Shown here in pieces: positions 24,830-39,118 of a stretch of 64,000 nt of DNA (its first letter is position 1; the number at the start of each line of letters is the position of its first letter). The stretch lies in the NCBI GenBank assembly GCA_951406725.2, contig OX597829.1, positions 28,148,001-28,212,000 on the forward strand. The letters are read 5' to 3'. Below the pieces are notes generated by a model. The model searched no databases and was not told where the DNA came from. It saw only the letters and a program-made list of their open reading frames with translations. The position numbers were made by a program, and so were the translations under genes. This DNA comes from Octopus vulgaris (Eukaryota).

Positions 24830-27220
24830 AGGTGTTCTTGAGCACACCACGTATCACCAGTCATCCTGGTCCTTTGTCACTTCTGTGTTTTGCAATCCTA
24901 AGATCAGCCTTCACCACTTCATCCTATGTCTTTCTGAGTTTCCCCTCTATGTCAAGGTCCATCTACTCTAAATAATTGGCACTTCTTAATCAACTGTCCT
25001 CATCCTTACAAACAGTTTTGCACATCACACCTAATTCCTCTTATGTACCTAATTTTTTTCTCAAACACATTTGTACTTTTGCCATTCATGCATACACTAT
25101 TCATTTAATGGAAAATTGTAGTTTCATTTCTTTCTAGTCTTCACATATCCTCTGCATTCAAGCCCAATCTCCCTACCATCCAGTATTGTTCTTACACAAG
25201 CATCATACAACCTACTTTACACTGCCAAGAAGTAAAAATCTGTCTGAACTTTTCCTAGCCTGTTCTTAGTCTAACAATATACTTTTCTCTATTACTAATT
25301 AGGTCACCTAGGTTAACTAGTATCTTCATCCTGGGCATTTGTGAAAATCTATTTCCCACGTGTTATGTGTTTAAAGCTCTTGAGCATCTTCCATATACAA
25401 TAGCTACTTCTTCATTTACCTGTCTATGACACCACTGCAACAGTTTGCATTGGGTACACTATGGGGAATTTTTACCATTCAAGTAAGGCTATTTCTCTGA
25501 TGGAAGCTGACATCTGTCTGTTTTCCCATTTACTACAACTCTGGTCTTTGCTAAATTAACTTTAAGGCCCTTTGATTCCACATCTGAAATTTCTCGTCTA
25601 ATTTTGCCACAGATTCAGCTATAACTTACACCATTTCTTGTTCATCTTACAATTGCATGAATCTTCTGGAACACAGCATCATGCCATTTTTTGCAGTCCT
25701 TTACCATCTTTTCAGTCAAGTTCAACCTCCTCAGATCATCTTTAACTACATCTTCACACAACTGTCTTCTTTTTTATAGTTTATTTTCACTTGGATTGCT
25801 CAGTACATCTATCCAACTGTCATCCTCCATTCACACCACATATCTGTACTAGCTCCCTTTCTTTCTTGCACACTACATCTCATACCTCTTATACTCTTTA
25901 CTTGTTTCAGTCATTTGACTGTGGCCATGCTGAAGCACCACCTTTAGTCTAGCAAATCAACCCCAGGACTTATTCTATATAAGCCTAGTACTTATTCTAT
26001 CAGTCTCTTTTGCCGAACCACTAAGTGACAGGGATGTAAACATACCAGCATCTGTTGTCAAGCGATGTTGTGGAGGGAACATACACAGACACACACATAC
26101 ATATATACAACGGGTTTCTTTCAGTTTCTGTCTACTAAATCCACTCACAAGGCTTTGGTCGGCCCGAGGCTATAGTAGAAGACACTTGTCCAAGGTGCCA
26201 TGCAGTGGGGCTGAACCTGGAACCAAGTGGTTTGTAAGCAAGCTACTTACCACACAGCCACTCCTGCACCTATATTCAGTTTTTCTCTCATCTCATTTGT
26301 GCTCCATCTTTCATACATACTAATATTACATATCCTGTGAAGAATGCTCACTTCATTTCATTGCATTCAGTACATATATTTTGCTACCAGGCAACAATGC
26401 AGTTTTTCAGGAATTCAGAATAACTTCTTCCATTGTTATCTGGCTATCCAGAAAGTAGAAACAACCTCCTCGACTACTAATTTGGTAACATCCAGGTAAC
26501 AGAAATTATTAACTACTTCTGGGTAACCCTTCAAGTACTTGAAAGAATTTGTTTCATGGGTGTTCTGACAGTTAACTATTGCGAAGCATGAGTTACATAC
26601 AAAGTCTTTCTTTTCTATCAGCCTGCCTATGATTTCATTAAACTTCTTGGGTTCATGGTAGGGAATTTCTACCAAATCCTTTTCTGCATAGTATAGTTTT
26701 TCTCTTCCTTGCTAATTAAATTTTTGACTTTAATAGTTTTATTCTAAGACCTCTTGATTCTAAGCTTTGCTTCTTGGTTTAGAGAGCTATTAAAAAAGTG
26801 GTGGGGGACTGAGAACAGAGTCACTGGACACCTTGTTCATCAGCATCTCTACATCTAGCTTTCTTTGCAATCATCAAATTTCAGGTTATGTCACACTACT
26901 CAAAACCTCAACAAATGCTGGGCATAGTAGTTAGCACTTAGCAAAAAACTTTTGTAGTCTCATTATGAAGTAAACATCAATAGTATCCTAACCTGGCACA
27001 AATCTAAACTGATTCACTTCCTAATCACCTATACCTTAACACTTTGATACTTTTATGACTTGGCCAATCAGTTTGATACCTATGTAGTTTATTCTGTCTA
27101 GAGATACCCTAGGCCTTTGTAGCAGCTGATGATAAAGCTGCACAAGTCATTAGGAATGACCCCTTCCTAAGGAATTAGTCATAAATATTGCAAAGCACTG
27201 TCCAGTTTCATGATGGACCT
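24830..27220 (-). mobile_element. Fragmented RTE LINE relics with a SINE insertion (25893-26272)
   Basis: Reverse-strand remnants homologous to 4430-4960 and RT-like segments (ADE/ESKGL-type motifs). Confidence 0.65.
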
Positions 27221-27384
27221 AAAAAATAAAATAGTAAAAACTGAAAGAAGCCAATCATATTGTGTCTATTTTTATGCACAAGTGCTAGGGATTGAACCAA
27301 AAATCATGACAGGGAAGCAAGTTTATTAACCACATACTATGCCTGTGACCAACAGCCACATCAATATGTGTGTGTGTATGTATA

Positions 27385-27750
27385 TCATCATCATCATCAT
27401 CATCGTTTAACATCCGTTTTCCGCGCTAGCACGGGTTGGACGGTTTGACCGGGGTCTGGGAAGCCAGGGGCTGCTCCAGGCTCCAGTCTGATCTGGCAGA
27501 GTTTCTACGGCTGGATGCCCTTCCTAACGTCAACCACTCCACGAGTGTAGTGGGTGCTTTTTACGTGCCACCTGCACAGGTGCCAGGGGGGATCTGGCAT
27601 CGGCCACGATCGGTTGGAGCTTTTAACGTGCCACCGGCACGGAAGCCAGCTGAGGCGGCGCTGGCAACGGCCACGTTCGGATGGTGCACTTTATGTGCCA
27701 CCGGCACAGAAGCCAGTCGGTGCGGCGCTTTTTATGTGCCACCAGCACAG
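27385..27750 (-). mobile_element. Young RTE 3'-tail element ending in (ATG)n
   Basis: Repeated ggtggcacgtaaaaagcacc units; near-identical to 31170-31483 (+). Confidence 0.8.
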
Positions 27751-29382
27751 GTATCACAACTACTATTTCCATTGATATTTATTCCGATGTTCATGTTCGT
27801 GTACTTGACTCAACAGGTCTCCTCAAGCACAGCGGGACGTTCTGGGATCCAGGGTACTTTGAATGGGCAGGGGCTATGCGGAACTGGTGCAGGAAGCAGC
27901 CCGGGTCTTTGCAGTCACAGCTCCATCTATCATGAGTATGTATGAGTGTTTATCTTGACATCAAACACTGATTGTAAACAAACTTTATTGTTACACAAAT
28001 AATATCCATTTCCACAGGCTTTCATGAAAACATGGCTGGCCTTTGTGTTGTTTTGTATTCAAAATACTAGAAGAAATATTATATTGCTTGGAAACATGAA
28101 AGTTAGCACAAGCAAGTATGGAAAAGAAGACGAGAAATCATAATCATGTGACAGTTCCCTTAATCCACACTCTAGTACTGCCTTCTTGTATACATTAAAA
28201 TAGGTTTTTTTTTAAACATTTTATCAGATTCCTTGTTTGTTAATTTCAACTCCTTCTTAATATACTGTGGTAATCAAAATAGTTCCTTAAAAATCAACAT
28301 CCAAGAATAACTATTCTTTATATAAGTTACCTATAACAATTTGGTTATGTTTGCAATGGGTACAATATTGAATGATAACCTTGTATTACAATCAATGTTC
28401 ACCCTATTCTCCTACATAACAGTTCTGGTTGGACATATTAAATAAATATTTCTTAAGTGCAGGCATAGCTATGTGGTAAGAAGCTTGCTTCACAACCACA
28501 TCGTTCCAGGTTCAGTCCCACTGTATGGTACCATGGGTAAGTGTTTTCTACAATAGCTTTAGGCTGACCAAAGCCTCGAGTGGATTTGGCAGATGGAAAC
28601 TGAAAGAAGCCTGTTGATGATATTATATATGTGTGTGTGTGGGGGTGTCTTTGTGTCTGTTTGTTCCACCACCACCACCTCTTGACAGCTGGTGTTGGTG
28701 TGTTTACGTATTCGTAACTTAGTGGTTTGACGAAAGAAACTGACAATAAATACCAAGCTTTAAAAAATAAGTACTGGATCGATACATTTAACCCCAACAT
28801 GGCCACAGTCTAATGACTGAAACATGATAAAATATAATTATTTTATCAATTTCCCAAAGGTGATCAAGTAGAGCTGTTAGAATGTAGTAGAAAATAACTT
28901 ACAGTATTTGTTGTGGCACTCTGCTCTAAATCATACTGAAATCATCTATGCCTTTCATTATTTCAGAGTTGATAAAATAAAACACTAGTCCAGGGTATTT
29001 CTTCTAAATCTTTATGTTATGAGTTCACAGGTGGTTGACCTAATTTATCACCTGGTCAAAAACAACTACTTGGTCATTGGGAGAATCTTGCAGACTTCAA
29101 TTTAATGCAAGCATTTAGTACAGGTCTTCTGTCTACAGAGAACCTCTGCTTTTACCCATTAGTTTTAGAAGTTTCAAAAATAAATGAATGAAGAGCCTCG
29201 GTGCTGGCTTTTTTTCCCCAACTAAAACACTAAAAAAATGAAGGAAAAAAACCAAGCCAACTTTGGAAATTCCCTAAGTCCATGTTTCAAAAAAAAATCT
29301 TCAAATGTAAGACCCATAAAATGAAGATATTAAACTAGAAAAAAACAACAACAAAACAAGTTATAACTAAATTTTAAACTCT

Positions 29383-29517
29383 TTATAAAGTTTCATACAT
29401 ATGAAAGTTTCCTAGGTCAGTTTCTGCTGGTGTTTTGTTCAATAGAATATAGCTTGCTGTGTTAAGGATTTCAGTTGTGTCAATTTCTTTCACCCATTCA
29501 GAGATGTTGATGTTTGT
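29383..29517 (-). CDS. Exon 9 (last) of the uncharacterised SAM-methyltransferase-fold protein
   Basis: ctgttctAG acceptor, phase 0; TNINISEWVKE...LGNFHMYETL*. Confidence 0.85.
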   Translation of the reverse strand, partial: TNINISEWVKEIDTTEILNTASYILLNKTPAETDLGNFHMYETL

Positions 29518-30743
29518 CTAGAACAGAATACAAGAAAATTTGGTTATACTTAATAACTAATATGTAATGCAAATTATTAATTTTATCAAAATTTAATTCA
29601 TTCATTTTATGTCCATTTTTTCCATCCTAACATGGGTTAGATGAATACATATTAGTGAAACATTGCTTTACAACTAAACGTATTTTCCTACTGTTAATTC
29701 TTACCCATTTTAATTTCCACACACCTTGAATAGTGCAGAGCTACTAGATGATGTACTAACAAAGAAATGGTAATAGAGAATACTGACCATAGCTCATGTA
29801 ATCACAAGAGGCAAACACTCTCTCAGATGGACATACCTCCTCATCATCATCGTTTAATGTCTGCCTTCTATACTGACATGGGTTGGACAGTTTGAAAGAA
29901 GCTGGCCATGCAGAAGACTGCATCAGACTTCTGTGTCTATTTTGGCATGGTTTTTATGGCTGGATGCCCTTCCTAACACCAACCACTCTGCAGAGTGGCC
30001 TGAATGTTTTTTACATTGCACAAACACAAAGGGGGTCAGATTTGGCATGGTTTTTACAGCTGGATGCCTTTCGTTAACACTAACCACTAGGCAGAGTGGC
30101 CTGAAACCTTTTCACAAGCACATTTATTTATTTATATATATGTGTGTGTGTGTTTGTTTTATGTCAAGTTATATGTAAAAACAATTTACTATTAAATTGA
30201 AAGATTACTTTTCAGTAGAGTGCTAAATTTGTTATACTTTTATAAGAAGAAAGCTAACAGTGCACTTTGAAGTTTTGGCTGCTCCTTCTTATAAAACTCC
30301 TTCTCTTCCTCTCTCTATACATGTACACAGAAGGAGTGAGACAGGGAGATGTGTGGTCAGAAGTTTACTTCCCAACCACATGGTTCCACATTCAGTCCCA
30401 CTGCGTAGCACCTTTGGCAAGTGTTTTCTACTACAGCCCTGGTCTGACCAAGGACTTGTGAGTGGATCTGGTAGATGGAAATTGAAAGAAGCTATCATAT
30501 ATATGTATATGTGCGCTACTGTCTCCATACTTGAACACATGATAGTTGTAAATGATGTCCTTTGTTTCCAATATTCTATGAAAACATGTCTAGCCATGGG
30601 GAATTATTACCTTGCTTGGAAATAGGTGAAGGTTTGTGACAAGAGGCATCTGACCATAGAAAATCTACCTCAACAAATTCCATCTGATTCATACAAGTTT
30701 GAAAATAATAGATGTTAAAATAATGATAATCATACATACATAT

Positions 30744-31133
30744 ACTCTTTTACTTGTTTCAGTCACTTGACTGTGGTCATGCTGGAGCACCGCCTTTAGT
30801 AGGGCAAATCGACACCGGCACTTATTCTTTGTAAGCCCAGTACTTATTCTATTGGTCTCTTTTACCGAACCACTAAGTTATGGGGACGTAAACACACCAA
30901 CATCAGTTGTCAAGCGATGTTGGGGGGACAAACACAGACACACATACACATATATATATATATACATATATTCAACGGGCTTCTTTCAGTTTGTCTACCA
31001 GATCCACTCACAAGGCTTTGGTCAGCCTGAGGCTATAGTAGAAGACACTTGCCCAAGGTGCCATGCAGTGGGACTGAACCCAGAACCATATGGTTGGTAA
31101 ACAAGCTACTTACCACACAGCCACTCCTGCGCC
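30744..31133 (-). mobile_element. Full-length abundant tRNA-SINE
   Basis: Reverse complement of the 2660-3110 family. Confidence 0.85.
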
Positions 31134-31169
31134 AATATATATATCCTCCTATCCACTTCAGCTTTTGCT

Positions 31170-31483
31170 CCCCGCTGGTGGCACATAAAAAGCACCATCC
31201 GAATGTGGCCAATGCCAGCGCTGCCTTGACTGGCTTCCGCGTCGGTGGCATGTTAAAAGCACCAACCTATCGTGGCCGATGCCAGACCCCCCTGGCACCT
31301 GTGCCGGTGGCACGTAAAAAGCACCCACTACACTCGCGGAGTGGTTGGCGTTAGGAAGGGCGTCCAGCTGCAGAAACACTGCCAGATCAGACTGGAGCCT
31401 GGTGCAGCCCCAGGCTTCCCAGACCCCGGTCGAACCGTCCAACCCGTGCTAGCGCAGAAAACGGATGTTAAATGATGATGATG
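31170..31483 (+). mobile_element. Young RTE 3'-tail element
   Basis: gttaaatgatgatgatg tail; matches 27385-27750 and 41032-41369. Confidence 0.8.
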
Positions 31484-31879
31484 TACACCACTAGTTCCTC
31501 TTTCCCAACACATTTCTGATCACCTCAAAACTTGAGGAGCCTCCTGGACTTGCAGCTCTTACAGATCATTCTCACTCTCTCTATCTTCCTCCTTAACATG
31601 AGTAACCTTGTAACTCTTGTACAAGAAGCTGCACCCCACCACTGGTTTTGTAGTCTTGCAAACTGCATGGCAACCTTGCTAATGCCAGTGGCACAGAAAA
31701 GATACCCAGTACACTGTGTAAAGTGGTTGGTGTTAGGAAGGGCATCCAACTGTAGAAGCCATATCAAAGCAGACATTACAGCATAATGCAGTCCTTGGAC
31801 CTACTGAATCCTGTCAAACTATCCTTCCCATGCCACAATGGTGCACAAATGTTAAATGACGATATATATATATATATAT

Positions 31880-32236
31880 AAATTGAGATAGGGGTTGTAA
31901 ATGCAACCCACCATGGGATACCATATATCCAATATACTGCTAGTGAGGTACCCAACAAAGTTAATACATAAATGTTAAGAATTGCGATACAATTAATTCA
32001 TTTATTGTATTATATGGGCAAAGGTAAAATGTTTTACTACAAATTCATAATACAAAATAAGAAAATGGAGAAATACATCGAAATTAAATATCAATTACCA
32101 GATAATACTCAATTTACCCTGCATTATTATGTTTAACCTAATAGTTTCTTATGTAGTGGTTTAATAAAGTATGTGATTGAGTATTATCTGGTAATTGATA
32201 TTTGATTTCGATGTATTTCTCCATTTTCTTATTTTG

Positions 32237-32240
<4 letters not shown>
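31880..32240. mobile_element. Penelope-like end fragments in (TA)n with a ~63-bp inverted repeat
   Basis: 32050-32113 is inverted relative to 32176-32240; similar to 10720-10790. Confidence 0.55.
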
Positions 32241-32267
<27 letters not shown>

Positions 32268-32619
32268 TATACATATATAGGCTTTGTAATGTTTCACTTT
32301 CTATAAAGACTACAGAAGAAGAAACTTAGCCAGCTGCTGATGCACAATGGGACTGAACCTGAAGCCATGTGGTTGGGTAGCAAATTTCTTAACCACACAG
32401 CCATGATTGCACCTTTGGCATCTATTTCAATTTCTTAAACCTACTTTATTCAATAAATTCAGTATCTTATATTAAGTACATTACCAGTAATTTTTCAGTA
32501 TCAACCATACTTTTAGAGAAATGTCTACTTGTGAAAATTGCAATTCTAATCTAGCCTGTAGCAATGCCCTGCCCCACCCCCCAAAAAAACAAATGAGGTA
32601 GAGTGAAATTCGGAATTAC

Positions 32620-32710
32620 CTTTAAATTCTTTAATGAATCTTCAATACTTGGAAGTGTGATCAACACAACACGTCTCTTTTGTAAATGTGAATGGAGGAA
32701 GTTCCAAATT
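32620..32710 (-). CDS. Exon 8 of the methyltransferase-fold gene
   Basis: ttttgcAG/GTaatt, phase 2-0; IWNFLHSHLQKRRVVLITLPSIEDSLKNLK. Confidence 0.9.
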
Positions 32711-33224
32711 CTGCAAAATATTGAAGATATTAAATGTTACAAAAAAATAAATAAATAAATAAAAACAAGAAAAACTCTGAAGTATAAACTAATATGATAT
32801 TAACTAACAAGTGTATTCTTTATCAAGTAAAGTTTAAACCCTTTACAATTCAGATTATTTTGTCAAATGTAATGCTTATTTATTCATATTGTTTTCAATT
32901 AATCATTCATCATCTCATAGCATTGAGATTTCAATGATGTGACTTTAGTTTTAGCATGACAATGTAGGGTAGGTGTGAGAGGCCAGATTCAGTCAGTTTG
33001 AACATAAAACATAGAATATACTTGGGCCAGATATGATAATTTTAAATGCAGACTAGTACTTATTTTATCAACCCCAAAATGATGAAAGAAAAGCCAACCT
33101 TGGCAAATTTCAGCTCAGAATGTAAAAATAGATGAAATGCCACTAAGCATTTTGCCCAGCATGCCAACAATTCTGCCAGCTCATTGTCTTAAACAACAAC
33201 AATAATAATATCAGAAAAAAAATA

Positions 33225-33787
33225 TTGGGTTTCCGGAAAGTTCATGCCGATTTATAATAACTTACATTTCGACTTATTTTAGAACATGGTTGAGTCCATA
33301 AAATAGGATTTGACTACACCTCCATTTAGAGCACAATTTAAGCTATCTTTTCGTGGAAGGTTTATGTTCCTATAATCTGTGTTAATTTTGTAACCCTTTA
33401 AAGTGGAAGATAAAAAAGTTCATTTTCGGCACTTGATGCTTTGGGAACCAGACAAAAATTGCTGCAGCTCGGCTGGGATGTGTTACCCCACCCTCCATAT
33501 TCACCAGATATTGCTCCTTCAGATTTCCACTTATTCAGGTCTCTGCAGAATAGTCTTAATGGTAAAAATTTCAATTCCTTGGATGATGTAAAAAGATACC
33601 TTGAATGAATTCTTTGCCATGAAACCACCTCAATTCTGGGAAGAGGGTATTTTCAAGTTAAAGGAAAGATGGAGACGTACTGTGCAACAAAATGGTTCAT
33701 ATTTGGTTGCTTAAAAATGTAATGGCAAGTACTTATTGACCTTTTTCTTTCCTTTAAAAATTGGCACGAACATTCTGGACAACCCAA
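33225..33787 (+). mobile_element. Internally deleted mariner element
   Basis: TA-flanked TIRs ttgggtttccggaaagttcatgccgattt/aaattggcacgaacattctggacaacccaa; HPPYSPDIAPSDFHLFRSLQN. Confidence 0.9.
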
Positions 33788-33789
33788 TA

Positions 33790-35200
33790 GATCAGCTTCT
33801 ATAGAACAGATTGTTTGAGACAGACCAGAGGAGATTTTATTGCCAAATAAATAGTGTAGAAGAAGCTACTAAAGATGAGAAGCCTAAGACATAAGAAGCT
33901 AGAAAGTTTTGGAGTGATATTTAAGATAAGGCAGTTAATCATAATGAGGATGTAGCCTGGTTAAAGAAAGCGAGGGAAGAAGTAGTTAGTGAGAAGCAGC
34001 CAGATCTAAATCTAACTAGTACATTAATGTCTAAAGAGTTAATAAGAATGCCAATTTTGAAGGGCCTAAGACCAGATTTAGTTCAAAAGTATTGGCTAAA
34101 AGAATTTAGAATCTAGTGAAGGTTGTAAATATTTGAGCTGTAGTGTTACTATGATATTCAGCAGCTTTTGTAGACTGGATAAAATCTATATTATCAAATC
34201 TAGACAGAACTAGGAAAGGATTCAATATGAATGGAGGACTTCATCCTAAAGCAGGAGTAGCAAGAGTAGATTTACATAGAAAGGAAGGTGGTGATGTAAT
34301 ACTAGTAGAAGAGTATGTGGAGTTAGCTAGAGCAGATATAGCCTCTTATGTAGGTAATAATGAAGAAATTTTATCAAGTGTTGCTAGTGTAATAGTAGGA
34401 TATAGGGAAATCAAAAAGTCAAATGTAATTAAAAACTAGAAAAAAGAAGTAAAATTATCTGATTCGCAAGAGGAGGCTTTGCATGGTAGATTTACAAAGA
34501 TAGTTTCAGAAAATAGTAATAGTGAGACATGGTTATGTTTGAGGACAGGAAGGTTGAAAAGAGAGATGGAAAGTTGTAGCAGCACAGTACCAGGCATTGA
34601 AGATTAACTGGATAAAAGCCTAGACAAAAATCAGGTTGACTCCCAATTTAGATTATGTAAATGGAAGGAAAATGTTACTCGTAGTTAGTGAATGTAGTAT
34701 GCTGGCACAGAAGGAATACAAGAGATGACAACCTAGGGAGAATAATCTTTTGGGTGTTAGGAAAGAAAGCTAAAATTTGATCATACTGATAAGTGATGTG
34801 AATAAAGTGCTAGAAAGTAAGAAGTGGGATTTTAACAGTCAGATTGACAATAGAAACTAGGAAGCCTGATTAATAGGCATAGACTTTGAGAACAGAAAAT
34901 ACCAGGTAATTGACTTTAGTCTCAATTGATGAGGAAGTTGATACGAGAGGTATAGAGCAAATAGCAAAGTACCAGGACCTAGCCCTTGAGTTACAAAATC
35001 TATAGAAAGTGCAGGTAAAATGTATCACTGTAGTTATAGGTGCATTAGGAACTATTCCTAAAGATTTGAACAGATGATTAGAGGAAATAGTCATAAAACT
35101 CAGTTTAGTGCAGCTCCTGAAAACAGTATTATTAGAGAGTGCTAGGATATTTAGGAATGTTCTTGGCATCTACAGTTACTTGGTGTAGTCTGGTGTTAAG
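33790..35200 (+). mobile_element. Degraded R4/Dong-like (RLE-domain) non-LTR retrotransposon
   Basis: NRLFETDQRRFY, MNGGLHPKA..RKEGG, LAQKEYK and KYQDLALEL..VVIGALG motifs. Confidence 0.8.
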
Positions 35201-37189
35201 AATTAAAACATTAAAAATTGAAAGGAGAAAATAAACAGATTTGCAAGTTTAACTCAGTGTTTATTGAGTAAAAGGGGCATGAAATTTAAAAAGCAACTTG
35301 TTAGAATATACACATCTGTAAGGGGTCATATAAAAGAATAGCAAAAATCTACTATACCAAAAGAACTGGTAATACATGCATTACAAGTGTTCTATGAAGG
35401 GAACATAAGATTGCTGCATAATTCTACATGAATGTGAAACGACATTAAACAACGTATAAGGTAAATTAAGGTTTCTGTAGGAACGCTAAGTCATATTCAC
35501 TTAGTGAATTTACATGCACAAGGATGAATTATGATGTTGTTGTCAGCATTAGATGCAGTAAGAGCTGGTAGTGGCAATGTTAGCAGTGATGAATTTCGTT
35601 GTCCTAATGTGGAGAAAGCGAGCATTAGCTTCCTGAAGGCAAATGCAAGCTAGACTTCTTAAGTGGAGAAAAACTGATCTATTTAAGGAAATTGCTGGGG
35701 TCTATTGTGGTAGGTAGAAACTTTAAGCACCATAAAATATGGCCTGGACCATGATTATCAGCATGAACATCAAACTTCAAAAAGCAGTTAACCATTTAAT
35801 GGTTTTAGTAAATTTATACAGAACATAAATAAAAGTCAACTTCATTATATTTTTTTCTGTAAAAACCTATTCTGACATTAAATGAGTCAACTTCCCATAC
35901 GAATGTTTACATTTGTATGTCATTTTTCAACAAAAAAAAATTTTGGAAATTATCTACTTATGTAATTTACGCACCCCCTAAAGTGTATTTTTGTTTTTGC
36001 AAAAACAAAAGTGTGTAAATTATGCGGGTTTTCATGGTACTTATTTTAATGACTCTGAAAGGATGACAAAGTCAACCACAGCAGAATTTGAACTCAGAAT
36101 ATAAGGATGGACAAAATATCACTAAGCATTTTGCCCAGCATGCTAACAATTCTACCAGTTCACCATACTAATAATAACCCTTTCTGCTAGAGACACAAGG
36201 CCAGAAATTGTTGGGGAGGGGCTAGTCAATTACATCAACCCCAGTGCATAACTGGTACTTATTTCATTAACCCTGAAAGGATGAAAGGCAAAGTTGACCT
36301 TGGCACAGGGCTAGCAATTTTTAAGGGGAGGGGAAAAGCCATTTACATTGAATCCGGTATTCGACTGGTACTTTTTTTTTTTATCGACTCCAAAAGGACG
36401 AAAGTCAAAGTTGACCTTGGTGGAATTTGAACCCAGAACATAAAGATGGACAAAATACTGCTAAGTACTAATGCTAAGCACTAATGTCTCTGTCAAGGCA
36501 CAATAAGCATAAGATTAGACATACATTTTTGGAGGAGGAAACTATCAATTATATCAACTCCAATATATGACTGGTACTTTATTTTATTGATCACTGATGG
36601 ATGAAAGGCAACTTTGAAGGACTGACAATGTCCTATTGTGTTTTACTATAAATTTATTTGCTGAAGCAATTATATTTTCTTTCATTTCAAACCTTTTGAG
36701 TATTGGTAGTAAAATATTTAGCATAGTATGGCAGGTTTCAAACAACACTTCTTTTTTGTTTAATAACCTTAGAGATGACACACAGTATTAGGGTCCAACA
36801 CTTTATTTTTAACCCATTGCTTGTCATATGTCCCTGGCATTTGTACATCATATATGATACACATTCCAAAATTTTTTTCAACCATCAGAGTAACTCAGGA
36901 CTTATGAAAAGAGAGCTTTATACAACTCAGAATGTATGAAACAAAGACTAATTAAAAAGTCTGAAAATAAGCATGACCATTTGGAACAAACTTATGAAAA
37001 TGATTTGGACAAAGGTTTAAGAGGTTGTGAGATAACAGCAAATGGTTGGAATGAAACAAATGGCTCTTGTAGTCCAAACTAGGCTGCTGGGGAGGAATTA
37101 GTAACAACACACATTACAAAATCATTTACATAACTGGACTTTACTTTCATGAGAAAATTCTGTTTACAAATGAAACCAGAAATACTTAC

Positions 37190-37250
37190 AAAACTTGCAT
37201 ATTTAGTGGCATGAAGAACTCAAAGACATTGTTTAAAATGATTATATCAG
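37190..37250 (-). CDS. Exon 7 of the methyltransferase-fold gene
   Basis: tttttcAG/GTaagt, phase 1-2; ADIIILNNVFEFFMPLNMQV. Confidence 0.92.
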
Positions 37251-37380
37251 CTGAAAAATAAATAGACTTTATATATATATATGTGTGTGTGTGTGTTAGG
37301 CAATGAGAAAAAAAAGACAACATAAGAAGAACAAGTTTTAACAAATGTTGAATTAGTTTAATGCTTGAAAAGAAGGGGAA

Positions 37381-37418
37381 GAGTCTTGATGTTTCGGACA
37401 CTAGTCCTTCATCAAGAA
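37381..37418 (-). ncRNA. Degenerate minimal hammerhead
   Basis: UUGAUGA-A-GGAC-UAGU-GUCC-GAAA-CA-UC; position 3 and stem III altered. Confidence 0.45.
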
Positions 37419-37749
37419 AAAAAAAATAAAGAATGTGTAAAGGTAGTGGGGAAAATATAAAGAAAGAGAAAAGGCAGTCAGGAATATTAGGAGGGAGGCA
37501 AGGAGAGAGATGATGGAAAAGAAAAAAAGGTGAGGTGGCCATGAGAGATTGGGAGCAATGAAGAAAGGAGAGAAGGGGTGCATGTAATTGTCAAGAATAT
37601 ATATTAGGCAATGAGCAATGACACATACATGTCAAGTTACAAAAAAACACTTTTACATTTAACTAGAAGATTACTCAATACTGTTTGTAGAGTACATATT
37701 TATTATATTTTTACATCAAGAGTAGTGACAGGGACTTCAAAGTTTCAGT

Positions 37750-37793
37750 CCATCTGAAGAAGGCTGGCAGGCCCAAACTTCAAAGTCACTGTG
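37750..37793 (+). ncRNA. Degenerate hammerhead in an inverted-repeat element (about 37700-37825)
   Basis: CUGAAGA-A-GGC-UGGCAG-GCC-CAAA-CUUCAAAG-UC; the inverted arm retains GAAA (ctgaaactttgaagtc). Confidence 0.5.
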
Positions 37794-38344
37794 ACTACTC
37801 TTGTAAGAATATAATAAATGTAAATAGAGAGAGAGAGAGAGAGAAGAAAAAGCACAAAACAAGCAAAAAAAAACACAGACAAAACAATTGGAAAATGTAC
37901 AACAAAAACATGAAATAGGATGAATATGTTCTGTTGGAAGTGTAATGTTAAGGTGTACATGTGAAAGATGGAGCACAAATGATTTGAGAGAAAAACTGGG
38001 TATAAATAGAAATCAGATGCAGAGTACAAGCAAGGAAACTGCATTAGCAGAAACATATGATGTGTATGGAGAATGGCAGTCAGGTAAAGAATTGATCAGG
38101 ATACCCATGTGGAAGAAACTTGCAGAAGAGAAACTCCTAGAAAGATATATGAGAGAAGAAAGCAAAGTTGAACTCAAGAGGGTCTGTCTTATGAAGAAGA
38201 TGACAAAGGACATGCAAACATAAAAAAAGAAAACAAAAAACAGATTTGCAATGATTATGAAAGTGGTGGTGATATTGATTACAACATACGCAAAAATTAA
38301 AAAAGAAATTCATCAAACAAGGAAAAAAAAGATATTTACTATAC

Positions 38345-38390
38345 CTTTTTGTAAAAGGTCACTTCTGTTTAGAATATTACTGTGATGAAT
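38345..38390 (-). CDS. Exon 6 of the methyltransferase-fold gene
   Basis: AG/GT, phase 0-1; IHHSNILNRSDLLQK. Confidence 0.85.
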
Positions 38391-39118
38391 CTGTTAACAG
38401 CAAATATAACAACGATAAATGAAAAAGCAATGAAAATATCTTGTTTTACATTAAAACAATGTTTATATGGGAGAAAAAATAAATGTGCATAGCATTAATT
38501 CTTTCATTATTATATTCCTAACCAAAATACACCCCTTGTGTGCTTGAATTAAATTCTAATATTGTGAATTCAAACTGGTTTCATGAAACAACGAACTTTT
38601 TTTTTTATTTATTGACAAATGTGATTTTTGGAACACAGTTTAACAAAAGGTTCTTAACCAAATCTATTGCATAACTCTTGCCTCAAAGTGAATTAAATTA
38701 CTAGTAAATTCAACTAAATGTAAAATTATTTCAATTTTGTTTAAACATCACTACAGAAAATGTAACATTATCTAATATTCAATTGGGTATACAACAAAAT
38801 TTAAACATAGAATTGTGCACATTACTGGTTTATCAGTTGAACTTAGATGCACATAAAATAGGTGTTGTAATAGGTGTAAAGTAGAATGAAATACACCTAC
38901 CATCAATGGAATGAAATGAGGATTTTTATAAATATTTTTCTTTTCAAATTTACTTTGCTTTTATTTTCTGTTTACCTGTAAGTTTAATTTACCTATAAGG
39001 TGAGTGACAAATTTTGATCAATTTTGTGAATCATTATTATATATGTTTCTGTGTATGCATATGAGTTTATTTCATTCCGTTGATGGTAGGTGTATTTCAT
39101 TCTACTTATATATATATA

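Noticed and set aside
27436-27945. 169-aa ORF
   Set aside because: Antisense reading of an RTE 3' tail repeat
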